Positions 47,105 to 57,757 of a stretch of 64,000 nt of DNA are shown here, piece after piece (the first letter of the stretch is position 1; each line of letters starts with the position of its first letter). The stretch is from Clostridia bacterium (GTDB lineage Bacteria > Bacillota > Clostridia > Oscillospirales > CAG-272): positions 6,423 to 70,422 of the forward strand of contig JAFTZI010000027.1 in NCBI GenBank assembly GCA_017461055.1. The letters are read 5' to 3'. The notes under the pieces were generated by a model, which did not search any database, had not been told where the DNA came from, and saw only the letters and a list, made by a program, of their open reading frames with translations. A program made the translations under genes and the position numbers.

Positions 47105-48503
47105 AATAGTATGTACAATTGGCCCTGCCTGCTCAACTGAAAAGGCTTTAACCGAGCTTTGCCTGGCAGGAATGAATGTGGCAAGACTTAACTTTTCACA
47201 CGGTACACACGAGCAGCATTTGGGAATGATTAATTTAATTAAGTCTGTTCGTCAGAAGCTTAATGTGCCTGTTGCAATTATGCTTGACACAAAGGGACCT
47301 GAGTATAGAATTAAAGCCTTTAAGGACGGACGTATAACACTAAACGACGGTGACACCTTTACCTTTACTACAAACGAGGTTGAGGGTACAAATGAAATTG
47401 TAAGCGTTACCTACAAGGGTATGATTAAGGACCTTAATGTGGGCGATAGAATATCTGTAAACAACGGTCTTGTTATATTCGAGGTTATTAAGCTTACCGA
47501 AACCGATGCGATTTGCAAGGTTATTGTTGGCGGTGAAATTTCCAACTCTAAGAGCATGAGCTTTCCTAACAAGGTATTAAATCAAGAATACTTAAGTGAG
47601 CAGGACAAAAAGGACTTGCTTTTCGGTATTGAAAATGATGTTGATTTTGTTGCTTGCTCATTTGTTTCAAGACGTCAGGATTTAGTTGACGTTAAGGAAT
47701 TTTTAAAGGCTAACGGCGGCGAAAATCTTGACATTATTGCCAAAATCGAAAACAGAAGCGGTGTTGACAACATAGAGGACATTTGCAAGGAATGTGACGG
47801 TATTATGGTTGCACGCGGTGATTTGGGTGTGGAAATTCCCTTTGAAGAGGTGCCTTCTACGCAAAAATATTTGATTACTAAGTGCAGAATGCTTGGCAAG
47901 CGTGTTATTACTGCTACTGAAATGCTTGAGTCAATGATACATAACCCAAGACCTACTCGTGCTGAAATTTCTGACGTGGCAAATGCTGTTTATGACGGAA
48001 CAAGCGCTATTATGCTCTCAGGTGAGACAGCTATGGGTAAATACCCGGCTCTTACGGTTAAGACTATGTCAAAAATAGCTGAAAAGACCGAAAGCTGCAT
48101 TGACTACTCAAAGAACTTTTCCAACTCAGGCTTTATTATTAAAAACTCCGTTGACGCAATTTCACACTCGACTGCCTGTATGGCTATTGACATTAAGGCT
48201 AAGGGTATTGTTGTATGCTCCATTTCGGGAAGCACTGCGCGAATGGTTTCCCGTTTCAGAGCCCCCATTGATATTATCGGTATGACAACAAACGAAAAGA
48301 CCTGGAGAAAGCTTGCTCTTTCCTGGGGTGTTACACCTGTTATGACAGAAAAGGTTAATTCCATTGACGTTTTGTTCTATATGGCTACAAAGGCGGCAAA
48401 GGAAGTGTTCAAGCTCAAAAAGGGCGACCAGCTTGTTATAACCGGCGGCATTATTAACGGCGAAAGCGGAAATACCAACTTGATTAAATTAGAAACAATA
48501 TAA
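47091..48503 (+). CDS. pyk: Pyruvate kinase
   Basis: MRKTKIVCTIGPA, MVARGDLGVEIP. 470 aa, with no PEP-utiliser extension. The ATG at 47091 overlaps the ABC gene by 14 nt, and a GAGGAA RBS lies inside that gene. Confidence 0.92.
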   Translation: MRKTKIVCTIGPACSTEKALTELCLAGMNVARLNFSHGTHEQHLGMINLIKSVRQKLNVPVAIMLDTKGPEYRIKAFKDGRITLNDGDTFTFTTNEVEGTNEIVSVTYKGMIKDLNVGDRISVNNGLVIFEVIKLTETDAICKVIVGGEISNSKSMSFPNKVLNQEYLSEQDKKDLLFGIENDVDFVACSFVSRRQDLVDVKEFLKANGGENLDIIAKIENRSGVDNIEDICKECDGIMVARGDLGVEIPFEEVPSTQKYLITKCRMLGKRVITATEMLESMIHNPRPTRAEISDVANAVYDGTSAIMLSGETAMGKYPALTVKTMSKIAEKTESCIDYSKNFSNSGFIIKNSVDAISHSTACMAIDIKAKGIVVCSISGSTARMVSRFRAPIDIIGMTTNEKTWRKLALSWGVTPVMTEKVNSIDVLFYMATKAAKEVFKLKKGDQLVITGGIINGESGNTNLIKLETI

Positions 48504-48516
48504 TTATCATTATATA

Positions 48517-48556
48517 TAAAATACCCGAAAGCCTCAGAGCTTTCGGGTATTTTATA
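48517..48556. terminator. Bidirectional rho-independent terminator
   Basis: 13-bp stem AATACCCGAAAGC / GCTTTCGGGTATT with A/T runs on both sides, between convergent genes. Confidence 0.8.
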
Positions 48557-48564
48557 TATATTTG

Positions 48565-50223
48565 TTATTCTGCTGAAATTATATAGTAATATACCGGCTG
48601 GTTTCCTTGATACAAATTAAGCTCTACGCTTGAATCGTTAATTGCTTCTTCCAGCTTGGCAAGAGTCTTTTCTGCGTCCTCTTCACTTACATCCTCGCCA
48701 TAGTAGATGCTGACAAAGCTTTTGCCGCTTTCCTTGATTTTTTCGCCAAGAGCTGAAATTATACTGTCAAGGCTACTGTCATTTTTGAAAAGCTTATCAT
48801 CGCAAAGAGATAGGTAATCGCCCTCCTTGATTTCGAGTCCATCGAAGTTAGAATTTCTTGCAGCATAGGTTATCTGCATTGTTAAAACTGCCTTGGCGCA
48901 CTCTGTCATGCTTTGGCGATTTTCTTCACTGTCAGCCTCGCAATCAAAGCCGAGGAACGCTGAAAGTCCCTGTGGAATTGACCTTGTTGGAATTACTATA
49001 ATATTCTTGTCGGTCATTTCACTAACCTGAGATGCAGTCATAATTATGTTTTTGTTGTTAGGTAAAATAAATATGTTTTCTGCATTGATTTGGCAAACAG
49101 CATTGTATAGGTCCTGGCAGGATGGGTTCATTGTTTGTCCGCCTGCAACTACTACATCTGTGCCCAGCTCCTTGAACATTTCAACAATTCCGTCACCGCT
49201 TGCAACACTGACAAAGCCATATTTCTCTGCTTTTTCTTGTGGAGCTGCGTTTTCCTGCTCGTCAAGAAGCTTATTTGTATGCTGTGTGCGCATATTTTCA
49301 ACCTTAACGGTTTCATATACGCCATACTTAAGCGCCTCACCAAGCACCTGATGTGGCTCGTTTGTATGAACGTGAACCTTTATGATTTCGCCATCGTCTA
49401 TCATAACAAGGCTATCACCCATACCGTTCAGATAGCTTTTAAAGCCTTTGGTATCGCTGTTTCCATCGTGCTTTCTTACAATAAACTCCGTGCAAAAGCC
49501 AAAGGTGATGTCCTCTGTGTCAAAGGCTGAAAAATCTGCTCTTTCGCTTGGCTGAGCTTTAGATACCTTTGGTGTATAGGTAGCAACAGCGCCTGTTGTT
49601 AGGGTTTGGTGCATTGCCTTCATAACCACAAGCCAGCCCATACCGCCTGCATCAACAACGCCTGCCTTTTCCAAAACAGGGTTTTGGTTTATGGTTTCGT
49701 CAAGCGCCTTTTCGGCAGCCTCTATTGCAACGCCTAAAACGTACTCAAAATCATTTCTTTTTCTTGCTGCCTGCTCTGCTGCCTCAGCGCATTTTCTTGC
49801 AACCGTTAAGATTGTTCCCTCGGCAGGACGGTCAACAGCGCCATAGGCTGCCTCAACACCCTGCTTAAGCGCCTCTGCCCAAGCAACACCGTCACATTCA
49901 AAGGAGTTTTTAAGTCCCCTTGCAATACCGCGGAACAGAAGGCTGACAATAACTCCGGAGTTACCTCTTGCGCCGCGAAGCATTGCCTTAGCTGTTGTTT
50001 CAGCAGTTTCCTCAAGAGTCAGATTCTCGTTTTTCAAAAGCTCTCTTGCGGCATTGCCCACAGTCATTGACATATTTGAGCCCGTATCTCCGTCAGGAAC
50101 AGGAAATACGTTTAAGTCATTTATGTCCTCTTTGCTGTCCTCAAGGCTTTGGGCTGCGCTGATTATTAAATTTTTGTAGTCCTCACCGTTGATTTTTTCG
50201 TGCTTAATATTTTCTGCCATCAT
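48565..50223 (-). CDS. DAK2-domain protein, YloV/FakA-like (fatty acid kinase catalytic subunit type)
   Basis: DhaL/DAK2 motif PVPDGDTGSNM, 552 aa with YloV-type architecture, adjacent to a DegV gene. Confidence 0.8.
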   Translation of the reverse strand: MMAENIKHEKINGEDYKNLIISAAQSLEDSKEDINDLNVFPVPDGDTGSNMSMTVGNAARELLKNENLTLEETAETTAKAMLRGARGNSGVIVSLLFRGIARGLKNSFECDGVAWAEALKQGVEAAYGAVDRPAEGTILTVARKCAEAAEQAARKRNDFEYVLGVAIEAAEKALDETINQNPVLEKAGVVDAGGMGWLVVMKAMHQTLTTGAVATYTPKVSKAQPSERADFSAFDTEDITFGFCTEFIVRKHDGNSDTKGFKSYLNGMGDSLVMIDDGEIIKVHVHTNEPHQVLGEALKYGVYETVKVENMRTQHTNKLLDEQENAAPQEKAEKYGFVSVASGDGIVEMFKELGTDVVVAGGQTMNPSCQDLYNAVCQINAENIFILPNNKNIIMTASQVSEMTDKNIIVIPTRSIPQGLSAFLGFDCEADSEENRQSMTECAKAVLTMQITYAARNSNFDGLEIKEGDYLSLCDDKLFKNDSSLDSIISALGEKIKESGKSFVSIYYGEDVSEEDAEKTLAKLEEAINDSSVELNLYQGNQPVYYYIISAE

Positions 50224-50235
50224 TATTCTCCAAAA

Positions 50236-51123
50236 TTAGTCAATTCTATCCTTACCAAAGAAGAATAGTGCAACTGTACCCGGGCCAGTATGAGAGCCGA
50301 TTGTTGTACCGATGCTATTAATTAATACCTTTCCGTCAAGGTTAGGGAATTTTGCTTCAACAAGGTCTGCCACCTGTCTTGCATCATTATAACAGTCCGC
50401 GTGGGAAATGTAGCATTTTCCGTTATAGTCAAGACCGCCTATGGCATTTTCCTCCATTTTCTTAACTATTTCCTTAATTACGTTTGCCTTGCCTCTTATC
50501 TTTTCCCTTGGAATGAGATGACCGTCCTTATCAACATTAAGGAGTGGGCATATCTTTAAAACTGTACCGAACCAGCCTGCTACCTTTGAAACTCTTCCTC
50601 CCTTTACAAAAAATGTTAAGTCCGTTGAGAAGAACCAATGGTGAAGCTTTAGCTTGTTTGCCTCAGTCCATGCGTAAAGGTCGTCAATGCTCATTCCCTC
50701 ATCGCGAAGGTCTGCCATTTTATCGACCAAAAGTCCCATACCTGAAGCGGCACCCAAGGAATCAATTGCGTAAACCTTTCTTTCGGGGTATTCAGCCTTT
50801 AATTCCTCTACTGCAATTTTAGCAGAGGTTTGAGAGCCTGAAAGACCTGAGGAGAGATTTAGCAAAATTACGTCCTTGCCTTCCTTAAGAAACGGAGTAA
50901 AGAAATCCTTAAATTGCTGTGCGTTAGGCTGAGAGGTTTTTGTATCAACTCCGTCACGCATCATTTGATAAAAATCATCAAAGCTTATTGTTTGTCCCAA
51001 ATCGTCCTGACATTCCTTACCGTCAAGATAAAATGAAAACTTAATGTATTCAATATTTCTTCTTTTCATATGCTCAGGGCTTATATCAGCTGTTGAGCAT
51101 GTAGCCAAAATGTAATCTGCCAT
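50236..51123 (-). CDS. DegV-family fatty-acid-binding protein (FakB type)
   Basis: 295 aa with the typical DegV N-terminus (I.T.STADI) and the GPG..A block near the C-terminus. Confidence 0.9.
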   Translation of the reverse strand: MADYILATCSTADISPEHMKRRNIEYIKFSFYLDGKECQDDLGQTISFDDFYQMMRDGVDTKTSQPNAQQFKDFFTPFLKEGKDVILLNLSSGLSGSQTSAKIAVEELKAEYPERKVYAIDSLGAASGMGLLVDKMADLRDEGMSIDDLYAWTEANKLKLHHWFFSTDLTFFVKGGRVSKVAGWFGTVLKICPLLNVDKDGHLIPREKIRGKANVIKEIVKKMEENAIGGLDYNGKCYISHADCYNDARQVADLVEAKFPNLDGKVLINSIGTTIGSHTGPGTVALFFFGKDRID

Positions 51124-51224
51124 TTTTGTACCTCGCTTTATTTTCGGAGCTTGCTCCGTTAAGTAAATTTTATCAATGTAAGCCTAAAATGTCTACCTAC
51201 TGAACTAATTTTTAACTCTATTAT

Positions 51225-51267
51225 AATAAAAAATACACTCTACGGTCAGTAGAGTGCATATTTTTTG
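51225..51267. terminator. Hairpin terminator between the XRE-membrane gene and the degV promoter region
   Basis: Stem CACTCTAC / GTAGAGTG flanked by A-run and T-run sequences. Confidence 0.65.
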
Positions 51268-51328
51268 CAGTTTTTGTGGAATTTCAATGAGAAGCACGCG
51301 TTTAAAAAACAGACACAGGGTGCGACTT

Positions 51329-52024
51329 TTAGTTATTTTCTTCTTTTTCGCTTGGATTTTTGTCCAATTTTTTCTTTTTTTGCTCACTTGGGTTAGTTCC
51401 CATATCCCAAACAAAGTATTTTGGATTTTTTTGAGTAACTGTAACTGTAATTTTTATCTTATAGCATAGGAACAAAATAATTTGAACAGGGATTCCGATA
51501 AAGAAAATAGGCCAGAAATTAAATTGCAGCAGCGCAATATAGATAATTAACAAAATTGACCAGTTAAGAAGCGAAGCGTACAAAAACGAGCCCTTGCCTC
51601 TCCACCATACGCACGACAAAACAATTTGAACAATAAAGGTAATTGGCAAGGCATAAATAAATATTTGCCAGCATATTTTATCGGTTACCAAATACAATAC
51701 AACGATTAAGCAAATGGCAACTGCAATAATGCCCCACAAAACAGTGCCTGCAATTAGCTTTTTAATATTTCTTGCGGGCTTGGTTTCTACCTTTTTTTCC
51801 TGCTCGCTATGCTCGTTTATCAAGAAGTCAACGCTTACGCCGAAAATTTCGGCGATTTTGTGTAAAACATAAGCATCGGGCAAGCCCTCAGCCCTTTCCC
51901 ACTTGGAGATAGCCTTGTCAGAATAATTAAGCTTTTCGCCAAGCTCGCTTTGAGTCATTTGATTTACTGTGCGCAAATAATAGATATTTTGCGCAACATT
52001 GCTTTTCAGCTCATTAATCTCCAT
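51329..52024 (-). CDS. XRE-family HTH domain fused to a four-helix membrane domain and a K/E-rich tail
   Basis: N-terminal HTH (MTQSELGEKLNYSDKAISKWER), then about four hydrophobic helices, then a tail with repeated NPSE (TNPSEQKKKKLDKNPSEKEENN). Confidence 0.7.
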   Translation of the reverse strand: MEINELKSNVAQNIYYLRTVNQMTQSELGEKLNYSDKAISKWERAEGLPDAYVLHKIAEIFGVSVDFLINEHSEQEKKVETKPARNIKKLIAGTVLWGIIAVAICLIVVLYLVTDKICWQIFIYALPITFIVQIVLSCVWWRGKGSFLYASLLNWSILLIIYIALLQFNFWPIFFIGIPVQIILFLCYKIKITVTVTQKNPKYFVWDMGTNPSEQKKKKLDKNPSEKEENN

Positions 52025-52052
52025 AGCTTCCTCCTTATAAATTAGTTATAAT

Positions 52053-52081
52053 ATTTTAGCACATTTTTTTAAAATAGTCAA
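52053..52081 (-). promoter_or_regulatory. Promoter (TTGACT-17-TAAAAT with TG extension)
   Basis: The boxes lie at 52081-52076 and 52058-52053 on the minus strand, upstream of an AAGGAGGAAG RBS. Confidence 0.5.
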
Positions 52082-52183
52082 TGCTTTGATTTTTAATATC
52101 ATAAAATTTTCACCCTGTTCACAACAAAATCAACTGATTTCTCCTTAATTTAGACATTCTGTTATCTTGATTTAGTCGAAATG

Positions 52184-52220
52184 GACAAAAAAATATACTC
52201 GGTCACAAGTAACCGAGTAT
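52184..52220 (-). terminator. Rho-independent terminator of lepA-hemW
   Basis: Stem ATACTCGGT / ACCGAGTAT followed on the minus strand by ATTTTTTTG. Confidence 0.75.
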
Positions 52221-52226
52221 GTTTTA

Positions 52227-53363
52227 TTAAAAATGCAGTATGTCTGTTAAAATATAATTGCTTACAAAAAAGCCCTTGGGGGTAAAGCTGTAAAAACCGT
52301 TTTTTATCGACACGTGGTCGCTTTTTATATACTTTTCAATGTTAGGATACTCACTTAAAAAGCTTTTGCCAAAGCGCTGTTCAAATTCAGCCGGTGAAAT
52401 TCCGTCACTTAGTCTTAGCTTTAAAAGAACATATTCATCCATTTTGTCAATGTGTGTTTTGCCCTCTTCGTCCTCTGAGATTCTCACAACATTACCGTTG
52501 TTGGCTTGTTTTATATATTGTTTAATATCCTTTGAATAAAAATAGCGCTTACCGTTAAAAAAGGAGTGTGCTGAGGGACCAAAGCCAATATATTCCTCGC
52601 TTTGCCAATACTTAAGATTATGATTTGACCTGCGGTTCTCTTTTGAAAAATTGCTGATTTCATATTGACTCCAGCCTTTTTTGTTAAGTATCGAGCAAAG
52701 AGTCATATACATTTCGTATTCCTCTTCATCACTTGGCAAGGATAAGCTGTCTTGCCTTTTTCCAAACGGTGTATTTTCCTCAATTTTTAAGCAATATGCA
52801 GATATATGCTCAGGGTTAAACTCGCACACGTGGTCCAGTGTTTTCTTAAAATCATCAAGAGCTTGATTTGGCAAGCCATACATTATATCAACGCTTATGT
52901 TATCAAAGCCGCACTCTCTTGCAAGATAATAGCTTTCCCCGAACTCATCAAAAGTGTGTATTCTTCCTAAGACAGCTAGCTCCTTGTTGCTTGTTGATTG
53001 TAAGCCTATGCTTAAGCGGTTTATACCGTTTTTTCTGTAGCATTCAAGCTTTTCTCTACTAAGAGTTCCCGGGTTTGCTTCAATAGTAAATTCCCCACCC
53101 TGTGTCAATTTTAGGTGCTTTTTTATGCAATTTACAAGCTTTTCAAAGCTTTCTAAGTTTAACACACTCGGTGTACCGCCGCCTATGAAAATTGTGTCAA
53201 AATTATAGTCTTTATATAAATGCGCCTCTGCCTTGATATGTGAGCATAGCGCATTTATATATTCCACTTCAAGCTCATAATTGTGGCACAAGGAATAAAA
53301 GTCACAGTAGTCGCACTTTTTTACACAAAAGGGAATGTGTATATATAAGCCTAAGTTTTTCAT
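52227..53363 (-). CDS. hemW: Radical SAM HemN-like protein (HemW-type heme chaperone family)
   Basis: Radical SAM cluster motif CVKKCDYCDF, 378 aa. It overlaps the lepA stop by 1 nt. Confidence 0.85.
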   Translation of the reverse strand: MKNLGLYIHIPFCVKKCDYCDFYSLCHNYELEVEYINALCSHIKAEAHLYKDYNFDTIFIGGGTPSVLNLESFEKLVNCIKKHLKLTQGGEFTIEANPGTLSREKLECYRKNGINRLSIGLQSTSNKELAVLGRIHTFDEFGESYYLARECGFDNISVDIMYGLPNQALDDFKKTLDHVCEFNPEHISAYCLKIEENTPFGKRQDSLSLPSDEEEYEMYMTLCSILNKKGWSQYEISNFSKENRRSNHNLKYWQSEEYIGFGPSAHSFFNGKRYFYSKDIKQYIKQANNGNVVRISEDEEGKTHIDKMDEYVLLKLRLSDGISPAEFEQRFGKSFLSEYPNIEKYIKSDHVSIKNGFYSFTPKGFFVSNYILTDILHF

Positions 53364-55177
53364 TAGTCGTTATCGTCAAGCTTCAAAACAGCCATAAATG
53401 CTTCCGGTGTTACCTCTACTGAGCCTAAGCGGCGCATTTTCTTTTTACCTTCCTTTTGCTTTTCAAGGAGCTTTTTCTTTCTTGTTATATCACCGCCATA
53501 GCACTTTGCCAAAACGTCCTTGCGGAGCGCTCTTACGGTTTCCCTTGCTATAACCTTAGAGCCGATTGCTGCTTGAATAGGAATTTCAAAAAGCTGACGT
53601 GAAATATTTTCCTTTAGCTTTTCAGCAATTTTTCTTGCTCTTGTGTATGCCTTTTCACTGTGTACAATAAAGGTTAAGGCATCCACTACCTCACCGTTTA
53701 ATAAGAAGTCAAGCTTAACTAAGTTACTTGGCTCATAGCCTGCAAGCTCATAGTCAAGGGAAGCATAGCCCTTGCTTCTGCTCTTTAAGGCATCAAAAAA
53801 GTCGTAAACGATTTCATTAAGCGGCATTAAATAATGAAGCTCTACTCTTGTGGAGTCAAGGTATTTCATATCCTTGAAAATACCGCGTCTGTCCTGGCAC
53901 AAATCCATAATGCCACCCACATATTCTGTTGGGGTTATAATGCTTGCATTAACTGTTGGCTCATATGCTGTTTTGATTGTATCGGTTGGGGGGTAATTAG
54001 ACGGGTTATCAACCATTATTGTTTCCCCATTTGTTTTCTCTACCTTGTAAATTACGCTTGGCGCTGTGGTAATCAAGTCAAGGTTAAACTCTCTTTCAAG
54101 TCTTTCCTGTATGATTTCCATATGCAAAAGACCTAAGAAGCCGCATCTGAAGCCAAAGCCCAAGGCAATTGAGGTTTCAGGCTCAAAGGACAGGGCAGCG
54201 TCGTTGAGCTTAAGCTTTTCAAGGGCATCACGAAGGTCATTGTACCTTGCTCCGTCAGCGGGATAAATACCCGAAAATACCATTGGAAGCGCTTCCTTAA
54301 AGCCCTGCAACGGCTCGTCTGCTCCGTTTTCAACAGTTGTTACGGTGTCACCCACTCTTGTTTCGCTAACGGTTTTAATGCTGGCGGTGATGTAACCAAC
54401 CTCGCCTGCTGAAAGCTTATCAGCCTTTTGCAAGCCGAAGGCGTTAAGGTAGCCAACCTCTACAACCTCGTACTGTGCGCCTGTATTCATCAGCTTAATT
54501 TTGTCGCCCGGCTTTAAAACACCGTCAATGACACGCACGTAAACCACAACGCCTAAGTATGCGTTATAATGTGAGTCAAAAATCAAGCATTTAAGCGGCT
54601 TATTTTCATCCCCCTGCGGGCAAGGAATTTTTTCAACGATTGCGTCAAGAACTTGGTCAATGTTTAAGCCGACCTTGGCAGAAACAGCGGGACAATCCTC
54701 GGCTACAATACCGATTACGTCCTCTATTTCTCCTCTTACTCTGTCAACATCGGCAGAGGGCAAGTCGATTTTGTTAATAACAGGTACAATTTCAAGGTCA
54801 CAATCAACCGCCAAATACGCATTGGCAAGGGTTTGCGCCTCAATGCCCTGTGTAGAGTCAACAACGAGCAAGGCACCCTCACAGGCATTAAGCGAACGAG
54901 ATACCTCGTAGTTAAAGTCAACGTGACCCGGGGTGTCAATAAGGTTAAGGACATATTCCTGTCCGTCCTTGTGCTTATAATCAATTCTTACAGCACGCGC
55001 CTTAATTGTAATGCCCCTTTCTTTTTCAAGATCCATGTTATCAAGAAGCTGCTCCTCCATCTCCCTTTTGGTAACTGCGTTGGAATACTCAAGTATTCTG
55101 TCCGCCAAGGTTGATTTACCGTGGTCGATATGAGCAATTATAGAAAAGTTTCTTATATTTTTCTGTTTTTCGTTCAT
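53363..55177 (-). CDS. lepA: Elongation factor 4 (LepA)
   Basis: GTPase motifs [17 protein letters not shown] and NKID, plus the LepA-specific C-terminal domain. Start at ATG 55177. Confidence 0.95.
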   Translation of the reverse strand: MNEKQKNIRNFSIIAHIDHGKSTLADRILEYSNAVTKREMEEQLLDNMDLEKERGITIKARAVRIDYKHKDGQEYVLNLIDTPGHVDFNYEVSRSLNACEGALLVVDSTQGIEAQTLANAYLAVDCDLEIVPVINKIDLPSADVDRVRGEIEDVIGIVAEDCPAVSAKVGLNIDQVLDAIVEKIPCPQGDENKPLKCLIFDSHYNAYLGVVVYVRVIDGVLKPGDKIKLMNTGAQYEVVEVGYLNAFGLQKADKLSAGEVGYITASIKTVSETRVGDTVTTVENGADEPLQGFKEALPMVFSGIYPADGARYNDLRDALEKLKLNDAALSFEPETSIALGFGFRCGFLGLLHMEIIQERLEREFNLDLITTAPSVIYKVEKTNGETIMVDNPSNYPPTDTIKTAYEPTVNASIITPTEYVGGIMDLCQDRRGIFKDMKYLDSTRVELHYLMPLNEIVYDFFDALKSRSKGYASLDYELAGYEPSNLVKLDFLLNGEVVDALTFIVHSEKAYTRARKIAEKLKENISRQLFEIPIQAAIGSKVIARETVRALRKDVLAKCYGGDITRKKKLLEKQKEGKKKMRRLGSVEVTPEAFMAVLKLDDND

Positions 55178-55303
55178 CTTACTTATCCCTTCGGAAAAAT
55201 TCACAGATATTTTAACATAATTTTTATTATTGTGCAAGTATTTACTTGAAATATTTACCTAAATCATATATAATATTTTTAACAATTTTTTGCGAGGTGG
55301 ATT

Positions 55304-55918
55304 ATGACACAAAAGGAAAGAATGGAAAAGGGCTTGGTTTACTACTGCGCTGACAGCGAAATTATGGATGACCAGGTTTTGTGCCTTGAAAAGCTTTATG
55401 ACTACAATCAAACACGTCCCTTAGAGGGAGAAAAGCGTATAGCTTTATTAAAATCTATGTTTGCGTCGGTTGGCGAGGGCGCTTATATTGAGCCGCCGCT
55501 TCACGCAAATTGGGGTGGTAAGCGTGTGCATTTGGGCAAAAATGTATATGCTAATTTTAATTTAACATTAGTTGACGATGCTCCCATTTATATAGGAAAC
55601 GACTGCATGCTCGGTCCTAATGTGGTAATAGCTACCGCAGGACACCCAATTGACCCTGAGCTTCGTGCAAAGGTGACACAGTACAACAAAGAGGTACACA
55701 TCGGTAACAATGTATGGTTAGGTGCCGGTGTTGTTGTAATGCCCGGTGTTACAATTGGAGATAACTCCGTAATTGGTGCGGGCAGTATTGTTACAAGGGA
55801 CATTCCGTCAGGTGTTGTTGCCTTTGGTAATCCTTGCAAGGTTTTCCGTCAGATTGGGGAAAAGGACAAAAAATATTTCTACAAAAATGAAGAAATAGAT
55901 TGGGAAAATCTTATTTAA
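55304..55918 (+). CDS. maa: Maltose/galactoside O-acetyltransferase family (hexapeptide repeat)
   Basis: Mac-type N-terminus and left-handed beta-helix repeats (IGNNVWLGAGVVVMPGVTIGDNSVIGAGS). Confidence 0.85.
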   Translation: MTQKERMEKGLVYYCADSEIMDDQVLCLEKLYDYNQTRPLEGEKRIALLKSMFASVGEGAYIEPPLHANWGGKRVHLGKNVYANFNLTLVDDAPIYIGNDCMLGPNVVIATAGHPIDPELRAKVTQYNKEVHIGNNVWLGAGVVVMPGVTIGDNSVIGAGSIVTRDIPSGVVAFGNPCKVFRQIGEKDKKYFYKNEEIDWENLI

Positions 55919-55984
55919 TTTAAAGTGTGCCACAAAATACCCAAGTCAAATGTGGCATAGCTGTACTGTAATTGAGGTGAAAAT

Positions 55985-57757
55985 ATGTTATTCGGAAAGC
56001 ATATAAACAAATACTATTTAAGGTTTGCGCCTATTTTGCTTTTAGGCTTGGCATCCCTTGTTTTAGTTGACTATTTTCAGCTCTTAATTCCCGAAATCTA
56101 CAAGTCTGTTATTAACGGTATTAACGACGGATTTGTTGTAATTGACAATGTTACCTATGAATTTGACATAAATTTTCTGCTTGACAGAGTTTGCTTACCT
56201 ATGATTTTTGTCATTTTGGCGCTTGTTGTCGGAAGATTTGTTTGGAGAATTTGCTTCTTTGGCTCGGCGATTAAGGTTGAAACAGATTTAAGATGCCGTA
56301 TGTTTGACCATTGTAAGGACCTGTCACAGGAGTACTATCAGGTAAACAAGGTCGGCAATCTTATGTCGCTTTTTACAAATGATTTAAAAACCGTACAGGA
56401 GTGCTTCGGCTCGGGAGTTTTGTCATTTTTTGATGCGCTCCTCCTTGGCTGTATGGCTCTTTACAAGATGTTCAGGCTTAGTCCTGTCTTGACCCTTCTT
56501 TCATTAATTCCTATGGCTCTTTTAATAGTGGTTGCCACTATTGTGCGAAAATATATGATGTCAAAATGGGCAAAGCGTCAAGAGGCGTTTTCTGCTCTTT
56601 CCGATTATGCGCAGGAGAGCTTTTCGGGTATTGCGGTAATCAAAGCCTTTGTAAAGGAAGCAAAGGAGCTTTGGTCCTTTAAAAAGCTTAACAAGAAAAA
56701 TGAAAATGCCAATGTTGAGCATACCATGGCATCAACATTGTTACATATTTTTATAACCCTTTTTGTTGAGTCGGTTATTTGCGTTATTATCGGCTATGGC
56801 GGTTATCTTGTTTACAATGACGTTTTCAATGCAGGTGAGTTTGTTGAATTTATTGGCTACTTTAACTCTATTATCTGGCCAATTATGGCTATTTCTCAGC
56901 TTATTGAAATGCAATCAAGAGGAAAGGCGTCACTTAACAGAATCAGTGATTTATTAGATGCAAAGATTAATGTAAAAGACGATGAGAGTGTTAAGGAATG
57001 TCCGTTAATTAAGGGAGAAATTGAGTTTAAAAATTTGACCTTCAGATACCCTGATGCTTCATATGATGCTCTTAAGAACGTTAATCTTAAAATCGAGGCA
57101 GGGGAAAGCGTTGGCATTATTGGCAGGACAGGCTCAGGCAAAACTACTCTTGTCGATTTGATTTTACGTACCTATAATGTGGAAAGAGGTACTTTATTTA
57201 TTGACGGAATTGATGTTAATGATATTCCTATTAAAAACCTTCGTGATTTTTGCGCCTATGTGCCGCAGGACAATTTCTTATTCAGCGATACGATTGAACA
57301 TAATATTGCCTTTGCCACAGATAAAAGTGATATAGATGTAGAGGGCGCGGCACGTCTTGCTTGCATTCACGATAATATTGAGGAATTTCATCTTGGTTAC
57401 AGAACCGTGCTTGGCGAGCGCGGTGTTACTGTTTCCGGTGGACAAAAGCAGCGTATTTCCATTGCAAGAGCCTTAATGAAGGATGCTCCTATTCTTATTC
57501 TTGATGACTCTGTATCTGCTGTGGACACAAAAACCGAAAGTGTAATTCTTGACAATCTTTATATGACAAGATGTGAAAAAACAACTATACTCATAGCTCA
57601 CCGTGTTTCTACTATTGAAAATATGGACAAGATTGTCTTTATTGATGACGGTGAGATTATTGCTGTCGGCTCACACACAGAGCTTTATGCTACGTGCGAC
57701 GAATATGCAAAAATGGTCGAATTACAAAAGCTTGACGATGCAAAGGAGGATATGTAA
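55985..57757 (+). CDS. ABC exporter, fused permease/ATPase (second pair, subunit 1)
   Basis: Walker A GRTGSGKTT, signature VSGGQKQR and Walker B LILDDSVS. Confidence 0.9.
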   Translation: MLFGKHINKYYLRFAPILLLGLASLVLVDYFQLLIPEIYKSVINGINDGFVVIDNVTYEFDINFLLDRVCLPMIFVILALVVGRFVWRICFFGSAIKVETDLRCRMFDHCKDLSQEYYQVNKVGNLMSLFTNDLKTVQECFGSGVLSFFDALLLGCMALYKMFRLSPVLTLLSLIPMALLIVVATIVRKYMMSKWAKRQEAFSALSDYAQESFSGIAVIKAFVKEAKELWSFKKLNKKNENANVEHTMASTLLHIFITLFVESVICVIIGYGGYLVYNDVFNAGEFVEFIGYFNSIIWPIMAISQLIEMQSRGKASLNRISDLLDAKINVKDDESVKECPLIKGEIEFKNLTFRYPDASYDALKNVNLKIEAGESVGIIGRTGSGKTTLVDLILRTYNVERGTLFIDGIDVNDIPIKNLRDFCAYVPQDNFLFSDTIEHNIAFATDKSDIDVEGAARLACIHDNIEEFHLGYRTVLGERGVTVSGGQKQRISIARALMKDAPILILDDSVSAVDTKTESVILDNLYMTRCEKTTILIAHRVSTIENMDKIVFIDDGEIIAVGSHTELYATCDEYAKMVELQKLDDAKEDM

